In this document: positions 10,291 to 21,300 of the stretch, one piece after another
Numbering within the stretch: the first letter of the stretch is position 1
Layout: the number at the start of each line of letters is the position of its first letter
Assembly: GCA_043827025.1 (NCBI GenBank)
Contig: JBDRPL010000025.1
Span: 1 to 58,810, forward strand
Direction: 5' to 3'
DNA length: 58,810 nucleotides
DNA from: Candidatus Micrarchaeota archaeon
GTDB taxonomy: Archaea > Micrarchaeota > Micrarchaeia > Anstonellales > Bilamarchaeaceae
Notes under the pieces: model-generated
The model's input: the letters and a program-made list of their open reading frames with translations, nothing else
What the model was told of the DNA's origin: nothing
The model's database searches: none
Made by a program: the position numbers and the translations under genes

Positions 10291-10872
10291 ATGGATTTGG
10301 ATATTCTCATAGTTTCATTTTTGACCTTGTTCATAATCATGGATCCCTTTGCCAGCCTTGGTCCTTTCCTGGCAATGACGCGGAAGTGTACTGATGAAGA
10401 GGTTGCAAACACTGCGAATAAGGCAGTTGTCATAGCAGGAGTTGTTGCGCTGGTTTTCCTTTTAGGCGGAATAGAGGTACTTAACCTTCTTTCAGTCTCT
10501 CTTTCTGACTTCAAGATTGCAGGAGGAATAGTCCTGATGCTTCTTGGACTTGAAAATGTCCTTAGTTTTTCTTTGCCAACAAACAAGGATCAGGATGATG
10601 GCCTTGAATCATTTGCTGTATTGATTGCCACACCCATGCTTTCCGGGCCCGGCCTTTTGACATCACTTCTTTTCCTTACAAAGGAAAACGGACTTGTGGT
10701 TGTCATCATAGCCCTTCTCTTTTCGCTTTTCTTTTCATGGTTGATACTTAGAAACTCAGTCATAATCAGGAAGTTGCTTGGAATCAGGGTAATCACAGTA
10801 CTTTCAAAGGTCATAGGCCTTGTTATCATCGCGCTTGGAGTTTCATTCCTTAGGTCAGGCATACTCGGGTGA
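10291..10872 (+). CDS. MarC family membrane protein
   Basis: LFIIMDP, FKIAGG, ATPMLSGPG; about 6 TM segments. Confidence 0.9.
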   Translation: MDLDILIVSFLTLFIIMDPFASLGPFLAMTRKCTDEEVANTANKAVVIAGVVALVFLLGGIEVLNLLSVSLSDFKIAGGIVLMLLGLENVLSFSLPTNKDQDDGLESFAVLIATPMLSGPGLLTSLLFLTKENGLVVVIIALLFSLFFSWLILRNSVIIRKLLGIRVITVLSKVIGLVIIALGVSFLRSGILG

Positions 10873-10876
10873 AAAT

Positions 10877-11452
10877 ATGGTGGATGCCCTTAAATCAGAT
10901 CTGAGAAAGCAGATAGTCTCAAAAAAGAAGGAGCTGGGTCAGAAACAGATTGATGGGATGAGTTCACTGATTACAAAGTGCCTTATTGCCAACCCAGAGA
11001 TACAAAAGGCAAAAACAATTGCATTTTATCTTTCAAAAAAAGACGAGGTTCAAACCAAATCCGCAATTGAAATCCTGATGAAGCAACAGAAACAGATTTT
11101 CGTTCCTATAGTGGATGGCGAACATATAAGGCTAGTCGAATTTGTTTCGTTCGACGATCTTCATATTGGAAAGTTCGGAGTTCCTGAACCCAAGACAAAA
11201 AAACCTGCTGAAAAAAATCCAGAAGTAATGGTCATTCCAGGAATTGCATTTGACAAGAATTGCAATCGCTTGGGATATGGCAAGGGATACTATGACCGGC
11301 TATTGAAGAAATTCAAGCTGTATAAGATAGGAATATGCTTTGATTTTCAGGTTGTGGATTCAGTGCCAGTCAAGGATCATGATGAGAAGATGGATATTGT
11401 CATAACGGATTCAAGATCGATGTGCAAGGAGGAGATACTATTTACGCGTTAA
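10877..11452 (+). CDS. 5-formyltetrahydrofolate cyclo-ligase
   Basis: IPGIAFD..RLGYGKGYYDR, HDEKMD. Start set at ATG 10877. Confidence 0.93.
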   Translation: MVDALKSDLRKQIVSKKKELGQKQIDGMSSLITKCLIANPEIQKAKTIAFYLSKKDEVQTKSAIEILMKQQKQIFVPIVDGEHIRLVEFVSFDDLHIGKFGVPEPKTKKPAEKNPEVMVIPGIAFDKNCNRLGYGKGYYDRLLKKFKLYKIGICFDFQVVDSVPVKDHDEKMDIVITDSRSMCKEEILFTR

Positions 11453-12429
11453 TCGTCATTGTCGTATTATTGTTTCTAATATTGCTCTCAGGTTTTTTCT
11501 CAGGTGCAGAGGTTGCGTTGGTTTCAGTGGATAGGCTAGAGGCAAAGCGTTTCGTCAATGAAAACCTAAAGAACTCAAAAATACTTCTCAAGTTAAAAGA
11601 GAATCAAAGAAGGACTCTTGTGACCCTTCTTGTTGGGAACAATATAGTTAACATCCTCGGGTCTTCGCTGGCAGCCGCCCTTGCAATTGATTTTTTTGGG
11701 GATTTGGGGATAGGCATTGCAACTTTCTTCATGACACTTTTCATACTTATTTTTGGAGAAGTCATTCCAAAGACGTATTGTAGCAGAAATTATAGGAAAG
11801 TTGTATTGTCTATTGCGCCGATTGTATCTTTTCTGTGCAAAATTCTGCGCCCGATAGTCTCTTTTTTTGATCTTTTTGCAAGGCTCATAACAAAGAATAC
11901 GAAGCCCGTCCCCATTCTTACTGAGAAGGAGCTCAAGGGTTTTTTTGAGGTTGGATTGCAGGAGAAGGTTCTAGAGCCTCATGAAAAAACAATGTTTGAG
12001 AAAGTTTTGAAGTTCAATGATGTTTTGATTGGAAATATCATGATTCCCTTTAATAAAGTGGTGTTCGTGAATGGGGACATGACTGTTCTGGAAGCTGCAA
12101 AGATGATTGGCGATGAGAAATACACTCGTTATCCTGTTTTCAAAAATAGGAAAAAAAATGTTGTGGGCATAGTGCGTGGAGTTGATATTCTGACCATTAT
12201 GTCCGAAGGCAACGTTACAAAGAAGATAAAGGATATGGATTGGCCAGTTGTTTTTGTTAATGAAGATGAGCTCATTGATGATGTCTTTAGGAAATTCAAG
12301 AGGAATAAGGTTCACATGGGAGTTGTTAAAAATTCCAAAAACAAGATTGTTGGAATTGTTACAATGGAGGACATCATAGAAGAGATTGTCGGGGAATTCG
12401 GAAGCGAGGATGATAATATCGCCCAGTAG
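11422..12429 (+). CDS. HlyC/CorC (CNNM + CBS) family transporter
   Basis: FFSGAEVA, LLVGNNIVN, FGEVIPK, tandem CBS domains ending TMEDIIEEIVGE. Confidence 0.92.
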   Translation: MQGGDTIYALIVIVVLLFLILLSGFFSGAEVALVSVDRLEAKRFVNENLKNSKILLKLKENQRRTLVTLLVGNNIVNILGSSLAAALAIDFFGDLGIGIATFFMTLFILIFGEVIPKTYCSRNYRKVVLSIAPIVSFLCKILRPIVSFFDLFARLITKNTKPVPILTEKELKGFFEVGLQEKVLEPHEKTMFEKVLKFNDVLIGNIMIPFNKVVFVNGDMTVLEAAKMIGDEKYTRYPVFKNRKKNVVGIVRGVDILTIMSEGNVTKKIKDMDWPVVFVNEDELIDDVFRKFKRNKVHMGVVKNSKNKIVGIVTMEDIIEEIVGEFGSEDDNIAQ

Positions 12430-12481
12430 CCAATCTAGTTCAATCGCTATGGATTAAAATTATTCTCTTTATTATTGTTTT

Positions 12482-13114
12482 ATGTTAGGCACAATTCTTC
12501 GAATAGCTGTTTTGGCATCAGGCAGGGGAAGCAATTTCCAGGCAATTATTGATGGAATAAAGGAAAAGGAGATAGATTGCGAGATTGCTGTTCTTATAAC
12601 TGACAACCCTGAAGCAAAGGCAATTGAAAGGGCAAAGGAAAACAACATTCATGTTGAAATCGTTGATCCAAAGTTATTCAAGAATAGGGAAGAGATGGAC
12701 AAGAAAATAAAGCAAATCCTTGACAAAAACAATGTTCGGCTTGTAGTTTTGGCAGGATATATGAAAATCATAAAATCAAAAGAGCTTCTTGATGCATACC
12801 AAGGCAGGATAATTAACATTCATCCCTCTCTTCTACCTGCATTCAAGAGTTCTATACGTGCCCAGCAGGATGCATTTAATTATGGTTGCATGGTTTCTGG
12901 ACTTACGATACATTTGGTCACTTCAGATGTTGATGGCGGAGCAATAATCTATCAGGAAGCAGTTGACATAAGCGATTGCAAAACTGGGGATGAAGCAGCT
13001 GCCAAAATACTAAAATGCGAACATAAGGCCTACAGGAAAGTCGTGGCTTCATTTGCATATGGGGCATATGGCGTAACTGGAAAAAGAGCGAGTTTCATAT
13101 ACTATCCAATATGA
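12482..13114 (+). CDS. purN: Phosphoribosylglycinamide formyltransferase
   Basis: ASGRGSNFQA, LAGYM, NIHPSLLP, DGG. Confidence 0.95.
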   Translation: MLGTILRIAVLASGRGSNFQAIIDGIKEKEIDCEIAVLITDNPEAKAIERAKENNIHVEIVDPKLFKNREEMDKKIKQILDKNNVRLVVLAGYMKIIKSKELLDAYQGRIINIHPSLLPAFKSSIRAQQDAFNYGCMVSGLTIHLVTSDVDGGAIIYQEAVDISDCKTGDEAAAKILKCEHKAYRKVVASFAYGAYGVTGKRASFIYYPI

Positions 13115-13157
13115 CGCATACCGAAGCCTTAATAAACTACTTTTCAATTATTCCCTT

Positions 13158-13874
13158 ATGGTTGATGTTTCATTCATAGTTCCTGCGCTTAATGAGGAGA
13201 ATTACATTGAGAGATGCCTCAAGTCTATCAAGAATCAAAAAACCACATTGGATTTTGAGATCATACTTTCTGATGGGAACAGCACAGACAGAACCCTCCG
13301 CCTTGCTGAAAAATATGTTGACAGGGTAGTCACTTCGAGGAAAAAAGGCATAGCTTTGGGTAGGAATGCCGGAGCGGAGTTTGCAAAAGGCGATACTCTC
13401 ATATTCATAGATGCAGATACCCAGATCCCCCCTCATTATGCCAACGTAATACATGCCGTACTTTCCAACGAGCGAATTTCAGGAGTTTCATGCGCTTTTT
13501 GTTTTGATTGCAGCGACAAGATCTGCAATTTCTTTGCAAAACTATCCAATGACTATTATCTTCTGAAGGGCTTCAATTCGAATGCAACTATTTTGGGATA
13601 CAATGCATGTGTAAGGCGAAGCACTTTCAGGAAAGTCAAGGGGTTCCCTAACAAACCTCTTGAAGATCGTGCATTTGGATACAAGCTTGAAAAGCTCGGC
13701 AAAGTACTTTATCTTCCTGAACCTGTTGTAGTTACTTCTGCAAGGCGCCTGCTCAGGGAAGGTCCTCTTTCCTCAATGAATTATTATGCAGGCCTTCAGG
13801 CGGGAACAGAAAATGTGATACCTCACACCATTAAGGACATTTTCAAGTCAAGAGAGTATAAGCCCATACGGTGA
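13158..13874 (+). CDS. Glycosyltransferase family 2
   Basis: IVPALNEE, DGNSTD, FIDAD, ED, TSARR. Confidence 0.9.
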   Translation: MVDVSFIVPALNEENYIERCLKSIKNQKTTLDFEIILSDGNSTDRTLRLAEKYVDRVVTSRKKGIALGRNAGAEFAKGDTLIFIDADTQIPPHYANVIHAVLSNERISGVSCAFCFDCSDKICNFFAKLSNDYYLLKGFNSNATILGYNACVRRSTFRKVKGFPNKPLEDRAFGYKLEKLGKVLYLPEPVVVTSARRLLREGPLSSMNYYAGLQAGTENVIPHTIKDIFKSREYKPIR

Positions 13875-13887
13875 AGTGGTGCGTAAT

Positions 13888-14601
13888 ATGAAAAGGCCGG
13901 AGGTCTCAATTGTCATTCCAACTCTGAACGAAGCCCATTATCTAAAGAATACCCTAGAATCAATAAAAAACCAGAAAACAAATCTCGTTTATGAAATAAT
14001 CATTGCTGACAGCTACAGCAAAGATGGCACTCGTGAAATAGCAAAGAAGTATGGTTGCGTTATAGTAGATTCTCCACCAGGCTCAATTTCAAGAGGCAGA
14101 CATGATGGATGCCTGAAAGCTAAATCGCAGATAATTGTCTCTGCCAATGCAGACACTGTTTATTGCCAGGAATGGCTTGAGCTTCTGACAAAGCCCATTC
14201 GCGAAAAAAAATCAGTTGCAAGCCTTGGCAAGCTTTTGACTTCAGATGGCAATGCTTTGGAAGAATTTGGATGCAGGTTTTTGTTCAATCCCATGGCGCG
14301 CATCTCGCTTTTCATGAAGATTCCTCTTGCTTATGCGGAGAACTTGGCTATAGACAGGAAAATCTATAAAAAAACCGGCGGTTTCGATACGAAGCTTGTG
14401 ACTGGGGAAGATACTGATCTTGCAAAAAAAATTCTGAAATTCGGCAACATCGCCTATTGCCCGAATGCAGTAGCGCGCGTTTCAATGAGACGGGTCAAGA
14501 AGTGGGGCTACCCAAAATTCATATGGTTCCACACTACTAATTTCTTCAACTCGCATTTCCTGCACAAGTCAGCTGAGAAGTATGAGCCTATACGGGATTA
14601 G
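13888..14601 (+). CDS. Glycosyltransferase family 2 (tandem paralogue)
   Basis: VIPTLNE, DSYSKDGT, NAD, GED, SMRR; C-terminus (YEPIR) similar to the upstream GT2 (YKPIR). Confidence 0.88.
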   Translation: MKRPEVSIVIPTLNEAHYLKNTLESIKNQKTNLVYEIIIADSYSKDGTREIAKKYGCVIVDSPPGSISRGRHDGCLKAKSQIIVSANADTVYCQEWLELLTKPIREKKSVASLGKLLTSDGNALEEFGCRFLFNPMARISLFMKIPLAYAENLAIDRKIYKKTGGFDTKLVTGEDTDLAKKILKFGNIAYCPNAVARVSMRRVKKWGYPKFIWFHTTNFFNSHFLHKSAEKYEPIRD

Positions 14602-14613
14602 TCTGGTGAATCA

Positions 14614-14964
14614 ATGGTTGATAGATATATCGAATTGCTTGATGAGCCTTCTTTCACTAAAGATCAAGCTACAAAAAAAGTCATTAAATATTATGACGAA
14701 CACCTAAAATCTGATCCTACAGATATATTGTATAATGAATTGAAGATCATAGGCGTCCTTAAGTTTGGAAGTAAGGCCAAGGCTATAGAAGCTCTTCATT
14801 TTTTTGTAAAGAGTGCTAATGATGCAGAAGCATGGCTTTTTGCAGGAGAAGTCTTCTTATGGCTTGGTAGAAAAAAGGAAGCCATAATTGCTTTGGATAC
14901 TTCTTTCAAGTTTAATCCAAATCATGAATCAGGTTTGGCCTTAGAGTTGAAGAAAAAATGTTAA
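14614..14964 (+). CDS. Small TPR-like hypothetical protein
   Basis: AEAWLFAGEVFLWLGRKKEAIIALDTSFKFNP fits a TPR consensus. Confidence 0.55.
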   Translation: MVDRYIELLDEPSFTKDQATKKVIKYYDEHLKSDPTDILYNELKIIGVLKFGSKAKAIEALHFFVKSANDAEAWLFAGEVFLWLGRKKEAIIALDTSFKFNPNHESGLALELKKKC

Positions 14965-16451
14965 TCTGATTTCCAAGTAGTCCTTCCATCCTTGTCTTCA
15001 AGGATGATTCCGATTGCTTTTAGTTTATCTCTTATAATATCAGATTTCTTGAAGTCCTTGGCTTTCCTTGCATCATCTCTTGCCTGAATTATCCCAATTA
15101 ATATCTGTTCAGAACTGACCTTCTTTATCATATTTTCATCTATCAACATTCCTACTACTTCAGTTGCAATTGCTTTGAGTTTATCATGTTTATTCTCTAA
15201 ATCACCTTGTTTTCTATGAATTCCAAGAACATCAAGAATTTGTCCTATTTCTTTATCTATTTTCTGGAGTTGTTCGCTGTCAATTCCTTCATATTTGTTC
15301 ACTGCATGCAGTAGTTTGAATAATGCGCTCAATGCAAGCGGAGTATTGAAATCTTCGTCCATCGCATCATAAAACTCATCAATAAGTGCATCTGTTTCTT
15401 TCCTGAATTTTTCCCATTCGCCTTTTGCAGTTACGAAATCAGTTAGCGTTGAGTTCAGTTTTGCAATCCTTTCATGAAGCAAATCAATTGTATTGAATAT
15501 CCTTTCAACTGCCTCGCCAACTCCTTTGATTTTTTCTTCATCGTAGTCAACAGGGCTTCTGTAATGGCTCTGGGCAAAAAACAATCTTATTTCATTTGGC
15601 GTAAATTTGTCAAGCGCAGCTTTTAGCGTAACAAAATTGCCAAGGCTCTTGCTCATTTTCTCCTTGTTCACCGTAAGGAAACCTGTGTGAAGCCAGTATT
15701 TGCAGAATTTTTCTTTTGTGGCTGCCTCTGCCTGGGCCATTTCATTTTCATGGTGCGGGAAGATAAGATCTCTTGCCCCTCCATGGATGTCAATTGTCCT
15801 TTTTGCATAATAAAGCGACATTGCTGAGCATTCTATGTGCCAGCCTGGTCTTCCCCTGTCCCATGGGCTGTCGAAGTCTACTATCTCACTATTTGTTCGT
15901 TTCCACAATGCGAAGTCTTCGGGATTCTTCTTTGTCTCATCTGGAGTGAAACGAGAGCCGTCCTTTATTTTCTTTATGTCCTGACCGGACAGTTTTCCAT
16001 ATCTCTTGAACTTTGAGACTTCGAAATAGACTCCTGTGTCTGTTACATATGCATAGCCATTGTCAATTATCTTTCGTATCATGTTGAGTATCTGCGGTAT
16101 GTGTTCAGTCACCTTTGGATAAACATCCGCCCTGATTATCCTGAGCTTGTCGAAAAGCTCCAGCGCCTCGGAATGAATGCGTTCAGTCAGTTCCTTCGGG
16201 TCAGCCCCTGTTTCCTTGCATCGCTTTATTATCTTGTCATCAACGTCAGTTATGTTCTGGATATGATAGACCTTGTACTTGTGACGGTTAATCAAGTATC
16301 GTTTCAGGATATCGAATGCGATGTATGTCCTGACATGGCCTATATGGGCGTGGTCATAAGGAGTAAGGCCGCAGACATAAAGGATTACTTCATTGTCTTT
16401 GATTGGAGTGAACTTTTCTAGTTTCTGGGTCAGCGAATTGTAAAGCTTCAT
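14961..16451 (-). CDS. cysS: Cysteine--tRNA ligase
   Basis: YVCGLTPYD, HIGH, GRPGWHIECS, KMSKS. Confidence 0.98.
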   Translation of the reverse strand: MKLYNSLTQKLEKFTPIKDNEVILYVCGLTPYDHAHIGHVRTYIAFDILKRYLINRHKYKVYHIQNITDVDDKIIKRCKETGADPKELTERIHSEALELFDKLRIIRADVYPKVTEHIPQILNMIRKIIDNGYAYVTDTGVYFEVSKFKRYGKLSGQDIKKIKDGSRFTPDETKKNPEDFALWKRTNSEIVDFDSPWDRGRPGWHIECSAMSLYYAKRTIDIHGGARDLIFPHHENEMAQAEAATKEKFCKYWLHTGFLTVNKEKMSKSLGNFVTLKAALDKFTPNEIRLFFAQSHYRSPVDYDEEKIKGVGEAVERIFNTIDLLHERIAKLNSTLTDFVTAKGEWEKFRKETDALIDEFYDAMDEDFNTPLALSALFKLLHAVNKYEGIDSEQLQKIDKEIGQILDVLGIHRKQGDLENKHDKLKAIATEVVGMLIDENMIKKVSSEQILIGIIQARDDARKAKDFKKSDIIRDKLKAIGIILEDKDGRTTWKSD

Positions 16452-16545
16452 GGTCTTGTATTGGACGAATCGGCTTAAAACCCTTTATGCTTCTCTTTGC
16501 AATAGGGTTAAAAAGTGATTAAAGCATATTTATTTTGTGAGTGAA

Positions 16546-16749
16546 ATGGGTGAATCTGAAAATATAACTCTTTCAATGGTTTATGAAAAGCTACGGGCGA
16601 TAGAAGAGGAAGTAAAGGAGATAAACGAAGATCTTCATCGTGTCAAGCCTGCCTTTGTGGAAAAACTGAAGAAGATTGAAAAAGGCAAGTTCCATTCTTT
16701 CAAGAATATTGAAGAGATGGAAAAAACTATGGATGAGTGCAAGGATTAG
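16546..16749 (+). CDS. Putative antitoxin
   Basis: Small charged protein (VKPAFVEKLKKIEKGKFHSF) directly upstream of a RelE-like gene. Confidence 0.65.
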   Translation: MGESENITLSMVYEKLRAIEEEVKEINEDLHRVKPAFVEKLKKIEKGKFHSFKNIEEMEKTMDECKD

Positions 16750-16757
16750 GTGTTCCT

Positions 16758-17036
16758 TTGCCGTACCTTTTCAGTCAGAGTGATGATTTTCTAAAAACTA
16801 TGAAAAAGCTTAGAAAGCAGAACCCGCAGTTGTATGAAAGAATAAGAAAGAAGATTGTTGAGATTTTGGAAAATCCATCTCATTTCAAGCCGCTTAGCAA
16901 TGTCTTGAAACATTATAGAAGAGCACATATCGGCCACTTTGTCATCGCCTTCAGGATTGTTGAAGATATGAAGACAGTTGTTTTTGTAGCGTTCGACCAT
17001 CACGACAATATCTATGAAATGTGTTTCAATGAGTAA
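16758..17036 (+). CDS. RelE/ParE (YafQ-like) toxin
   Basis: F.K..KKL, ILENP.HFKPL..L..YRRAHIG.FVI.F.I, V.FDHHD.IY. Start uncertain (TTG 16758). Confidence 0.85.
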   Translation: MPYLFSQSDDFLKTMKKLRKQNPQLYERIRKKIVEILENPSHFKPLSNVLKHYRRAHIGHFVIAFRIVEDMKTVVFVAFDHHDNIYEMCFNE

Positions 17037-17068
17037 CTCAGCTTAAAACCCTTTAGCCAAACCTTTAG

Positions 17069-17084
17069 ATATATATATATATAT
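17069..17084. repeat. (AT)8 microsatellite in the promoter region of the surface protein
   Basis: ATATATATATATATAT ends 17 bp upstream of ATG 17102. Confidence 0.8.
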
Positions 17085-17101
17085 CCTTCCAAATCTCTTT
17101 C

Positions 17102-18232
17102 ATGAATTCCAAACTATTGTTTATCGGATTATTGGGATTAATGCTTATCTTAGTGGGCTGCACCCAAGCAGGTGGTGAACAAGCCGGAAAGGCAACTGTT
17201 TCTAAATCAGCTGTTGTTTCAAAGCCAGTTGCACAATGTGTGGACAGTGATGGCGGACAAGTATATTCTGTCAAAGGAAGAACCACTGATTCTTCAGGAA
17301 TGAAAGAAGACGTATGTTCTGATAAGAAAACATTGACAGAGTATTATTGTGATGCAAATAGAAAAATAGCAGTATCTGAAACCTATACCTGCGATTACCT
17401 GTGCAAAGATGGAACATGCATTCCACAGCCAGCGGCAGAATCATGCACAAAGACTGGCGATGAGGTAACGTATATTGACCTTAATGGAGTAACTCATGTG
17501 AATGTTGATTCATGCTGGGATGGAGCGACAAGCGCAGTCCCGCTTAACCTAGGAATAACAACATACGTTTGCCAGGGAAACAGAAGAATGATTCAAAATG
17601 TTAGATGTGCAGTTAACGAAGTCTGCGAGAATGCAAGATGTGTTCCTGTACCTCAATTTCAAGATCTCATTTGTGCTCGTGCACATAGTTCTTTCTCGGT
17701 CTTTTTGTATGCTGGCGATAGTATGCCTATTGCTGATAATGCAGTGGTTCGTGTTGATGGGGTGGGGAGGTATTCTGCAAGGATTTCAGTAGTTAATCCT
17801 GAAAATGATGCGGTTTCTCTGGCATTGAATTTGGATATCGGTGATAGATTTTCATTTGATGTTAATGGGCAGGGGTATAGGCTTAGCCTGAATTCTGCTT
17901 ACTCAGCGGCGTGGATCACAATTGATTGTATTTCAAGCTGTAATCTAGCTGAAAGAGCGCAGGGATTTATGAAAGCAGGAGATTTCATAGTTATAGATGA
18001 GACCTATGATTTAAGGCTGGATCGCGTTCTGAGTGAACATACAGCTTCAGTTTCGGTTGTTCACAGGGATACAGACACTCCAACAATGTCCCTGGTGATG
18101 CAAACTAAAGGCACTTGGCATGTCCAGATAGGAAACGAGAAGTACTTTGTTGTTTTGGATCGTATCCTTATGGATGCAGTAAATGGGGATAGTGCAAACA
18201 TCATTGTCAAGGTTTGTTCTGCTGCCCAATAA
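17102..18232 (+). CDS. Cys-rich exported/surface protein
   Basis: Signal ending LVGC, CVDSDGG...LTEYYC module, two beta-rich C-terminal repeats. Confidence 0.75.
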   Translation: MNSKLLFIGLLGLMLILVGCTQAGGEQAGKATVSKSAVVSKPVAQCVDSDGGQVYSVKGRTTDSSGMKEDVCSDKKTLTEYYCDANRKIAVSETYTCDYLCKDGTCIPQPAAESCTKTGDEVTYIDLNGVTHVNVDSCWDGATSAVPLNLGITTYVCQGNRRMIQNVRCAVNEVCENARCVPVPQFQDLICARAHSSFSVFLYAGDSMPIADNAVVRVDGVGRYSARISVVNPENDAVSLALNLDIGDRFSFDVNGQGYRLSLNSAYSAAWITIDCISSCNLAERAQGFMKAGDFIVIDETYDLRLDRVLSEHTASVSVVHRDTDTPTMSLVMQTKGTWHVQIGNEKYFVVLDRILMDAVNGDSANIIVKVCSAAQ

Positions 18233-18281
18233 TCTTTTCTTCTTTTTCTCTTTCTTTGATTACATCCGAAGCAGTACTCTT

Positions 18282-18328
18282 GGAAGTTTGATTAAACTTT
18301 AACCTGATAATTGCATGGTGAAAGTTTA
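18282..18328. repeat. 47-bp palindromic dispersed element, copy A
   Basis: GGAAGTTTGATTAAACTTTA-N17-TGAAAGTTTA; identical arms and spacer length to 36710-36756. Confidence 0.8.
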
Positions 18329-21300
18329 TTACATAAAATCAGCAAGTCCCATCTGCTTTGATTTGTCGTCCTCGAATATGCTTCTTATCTCCTTTTCCAC
18401 AAGCCCAAGCCTCTGCTTGAGGTATGCAGGCAGGTCGTATTTCTCGCACAGGTTCTTGGATATCTCCAGGTATTTCTGGATGCCCCCTTTGTTTATGGTC
18501 AGCAATAGGTTTCCACCGCATTTCAAGCATTTGCCTGCAAGTGGCACCCGCCTATAGATCGTATTGCAGCTCACGCACCTAAAGGTTTGCCGTGAAAATG
18601 ATCGTAAGTTACCATACAGGTCGGGTATGAAATGGCTTAATATGAGGCGTTCAGCTGTGTTCTGGAGGTCGACAGCAACTATCTTTTCATGCAATTCGAA
18701 TTCGTGCTGTATTTTTTCAGGAATAGAGCCCAATGTCACATATTTGGTTTTGGTCGGGCCTTTGTCAATAAATCCCCCAAGATGCGTTAATGGCAGGTTT
18801 TCGTATTGTTCAGGCTTTCCAAGCATATCTTTCACCAGCTTGACTTTTATCTTTCCAGCAGGGCTTATCTTCTCAGCTGCTTCATAGAATTCAAGCGGAT
18901 ATGATTCCACAACTTCCATGCTGTGGACTTCATCATCAACTTCTCTTGGGTCTATTATGGGGGTCAGCACAAGTGGGGTGTCCATTGTTCCCCCTATTCT
19001 TTTGGTCAGGAATTCGCGCGAGAAATTCAGCAATCCATCCATTAACAGCATGAGACAGTCTTCGTCGCCATCGCAGTTACGGCGTTTCGCAGTATGAAAA
19101 TACGGATGCCCATAGCCAACATTCGCTTTGGTAAAACCTATCACCCTTGTAATCACTCCTGCTGAAGTGTGTGGAGATAGCCCAATACAAAGTTGACCTA
19201 TCAAATCCTGTTTCTTTGTCACATTATAGAAGGGTTTTATCTTGTAAAAATCTACGAGCATCTCATCTATGAATGCAGCCACGCGCATGAAATATGTAGC
19301 CCCATTCTCAGATAGCAATATGTCCTGATGCCGTAATGGAATGAGCTGGTCTCCTTTTGTGATAGGGTTCCCAAAATAATCATTATCATACCCAATTTCC
19401 TTGAGCCTTTCAAGACTAAGGCCTATCTCATCAGGTATGAAATGAGTGAGCGGAATGTCTGTAGAATCGAACCTGCTTGTCCCATCTCTGAATACGTAGA
19501 CATCATGTTTTGCCCTTATGAATCCCTTTTCGAGCCTTTCAGGCACCCTGTTGGGATTAGACAATCCTTTGACACCCTTGACTTCATTTGGATTGACATT
19601 CATCTCTTTCTTTATGGATTCCACAAGTTCGATAAGCTTCACAGGTCTCTTGTCGAAAGTTGTGGTTGGTTTGTCGCAATGGATATCACTCGCAACTGAT
19701 TTGTTGCATACTGTACACATCCTTTCCATCTTTGCTTCGCTTCCGCATTTCCCACACTTTCTCTGGAATGCCACTGAATTGCATTTTCCGCATCTGAACC
19801 GTCCGAGTTCAAGGTTTATGGTGCTTTCCATTCCGCGTGCCTTGAGCGTCTTATAGATCTTGGTTATGCTTCTGTTTTGTGAGCCAGTTGGAAAAAGGGC
19901 ATTAGGGCTTCCATCCATTGCCCTTTCTTTTGATTTTTCAGGACGGCCCATCCTTGCCCCTATATATGTCGGGGTTTTTATCTTTATAGTGAGGCCGCAT
20001 AATTGTTTCAGCAAGTCAAGGACTTCGCCTTGGAAATCAATTGTTTTATTAAGATTAATGCCTAAGGTTTCAAGAAGCGTAAACGCGTCTTCTGCATTCA
20101 ATACGATTCTATCTTCAACAAGCTTATGGTCAACAAGCAATCTTTCAAGTATGGATTTTTCAGCTGATGAATTTTTGAGGCCCATTTCGATTATATTTCC
20201 ATCTTCTCCTTGTTTGGCATGTCCGCTTGCAATCCATTCTCTAAGTTTCTTAAGCTGGTCAACAGTTATCTCATTCCAATTGTATGTAAATCTGGGATGA
20301 AGAGGCAGTTCATGGCTTCTGCAAACCTCAAAAGCTTCCTTTGCATTCATTTCTTCAGTAACATGTGCGCCTTTCTGTTTAGCCAACTGCACAAACCATT
20401 CAAAGCACCATGCCCCTGGGATAAGCGGGTGGTTGGATTTAAGAAAATCTCCATAGGTGACAAGCATGTCTCCAAGGAAAAGTATCTTTTCTATATTGCT
20501 TTTCATCAAGTAGGCATCTTCTATGGTGTTCACTTTGGTTACGCTTCCATTCTTCAATCTTACAACCGGAGGCTCAAGCAGTTCGTTTCCAGAGATAACG
20601 CAACCCTTGCCTGGCCTTTCGACTTTCATGTGGGTGCCATATGCGAGAAAATCATTTGTAATCACCATCGTGGCAGGATGGATGTTCCTTGCCATTATCC
20701 CATTGGTCCTGCTTTTTCCATATCTTAACCTGAATCCGCCTATGGTAGAAGGATAGCAGAAAACAGGCCTTCCTGCGACCAGCCCGTCTAAATAAGTAGA
20801 ATCAGGTTTGATCTCTATCTTATCCTCTTTTTTCTTTATCTTTATTATTTTTTCAAGCCAGTCCCAGTCAAGATTGAGTTTCTTTGTGTACTTCAGTACT
20901 TTTGCAGCCTTTTGTGCTATTCCTTCGCACACTACAAGAGGGATTCCGCCTCTTATTCGGTTTGTCTCTATTCCTGGAACTCCGCGGTATGCTGACACTT
21001 CTATTTCCTCTGTTGGTTCGCCATCAACGCAAACAGGACAACTTCTTACAACATGGCGCACATCATCATCTGGCGGTTTATACTGGAGGTGGTTAACCCT
21101 TGCTTCATACGTGTTGACTTCTTCTACGTATCGTTCAATTTGCGTATCTGTGGCCCTATAGTCTCCGACCTTTGCCTCTCGTCTTGCAACATCCCCAAGC
21201 ACTACGCTAAGTGCAGCAGCTGTTCCACCAGCGCTCCTTATCGGGCCTGAGAAGTAAATCGCAACATAATTACTTCCATCTGGATTTTCCTTTATTCTTG

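Larger units (their letters stand above)
16473..17055. repeat. 15-bp direct repeat GCTTAAAACCCTTTA bracketing the toxin-antitoxin pair
   Basis: Exact copies at 16473-16487 and 17041-17055. Confidence 0.8.
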
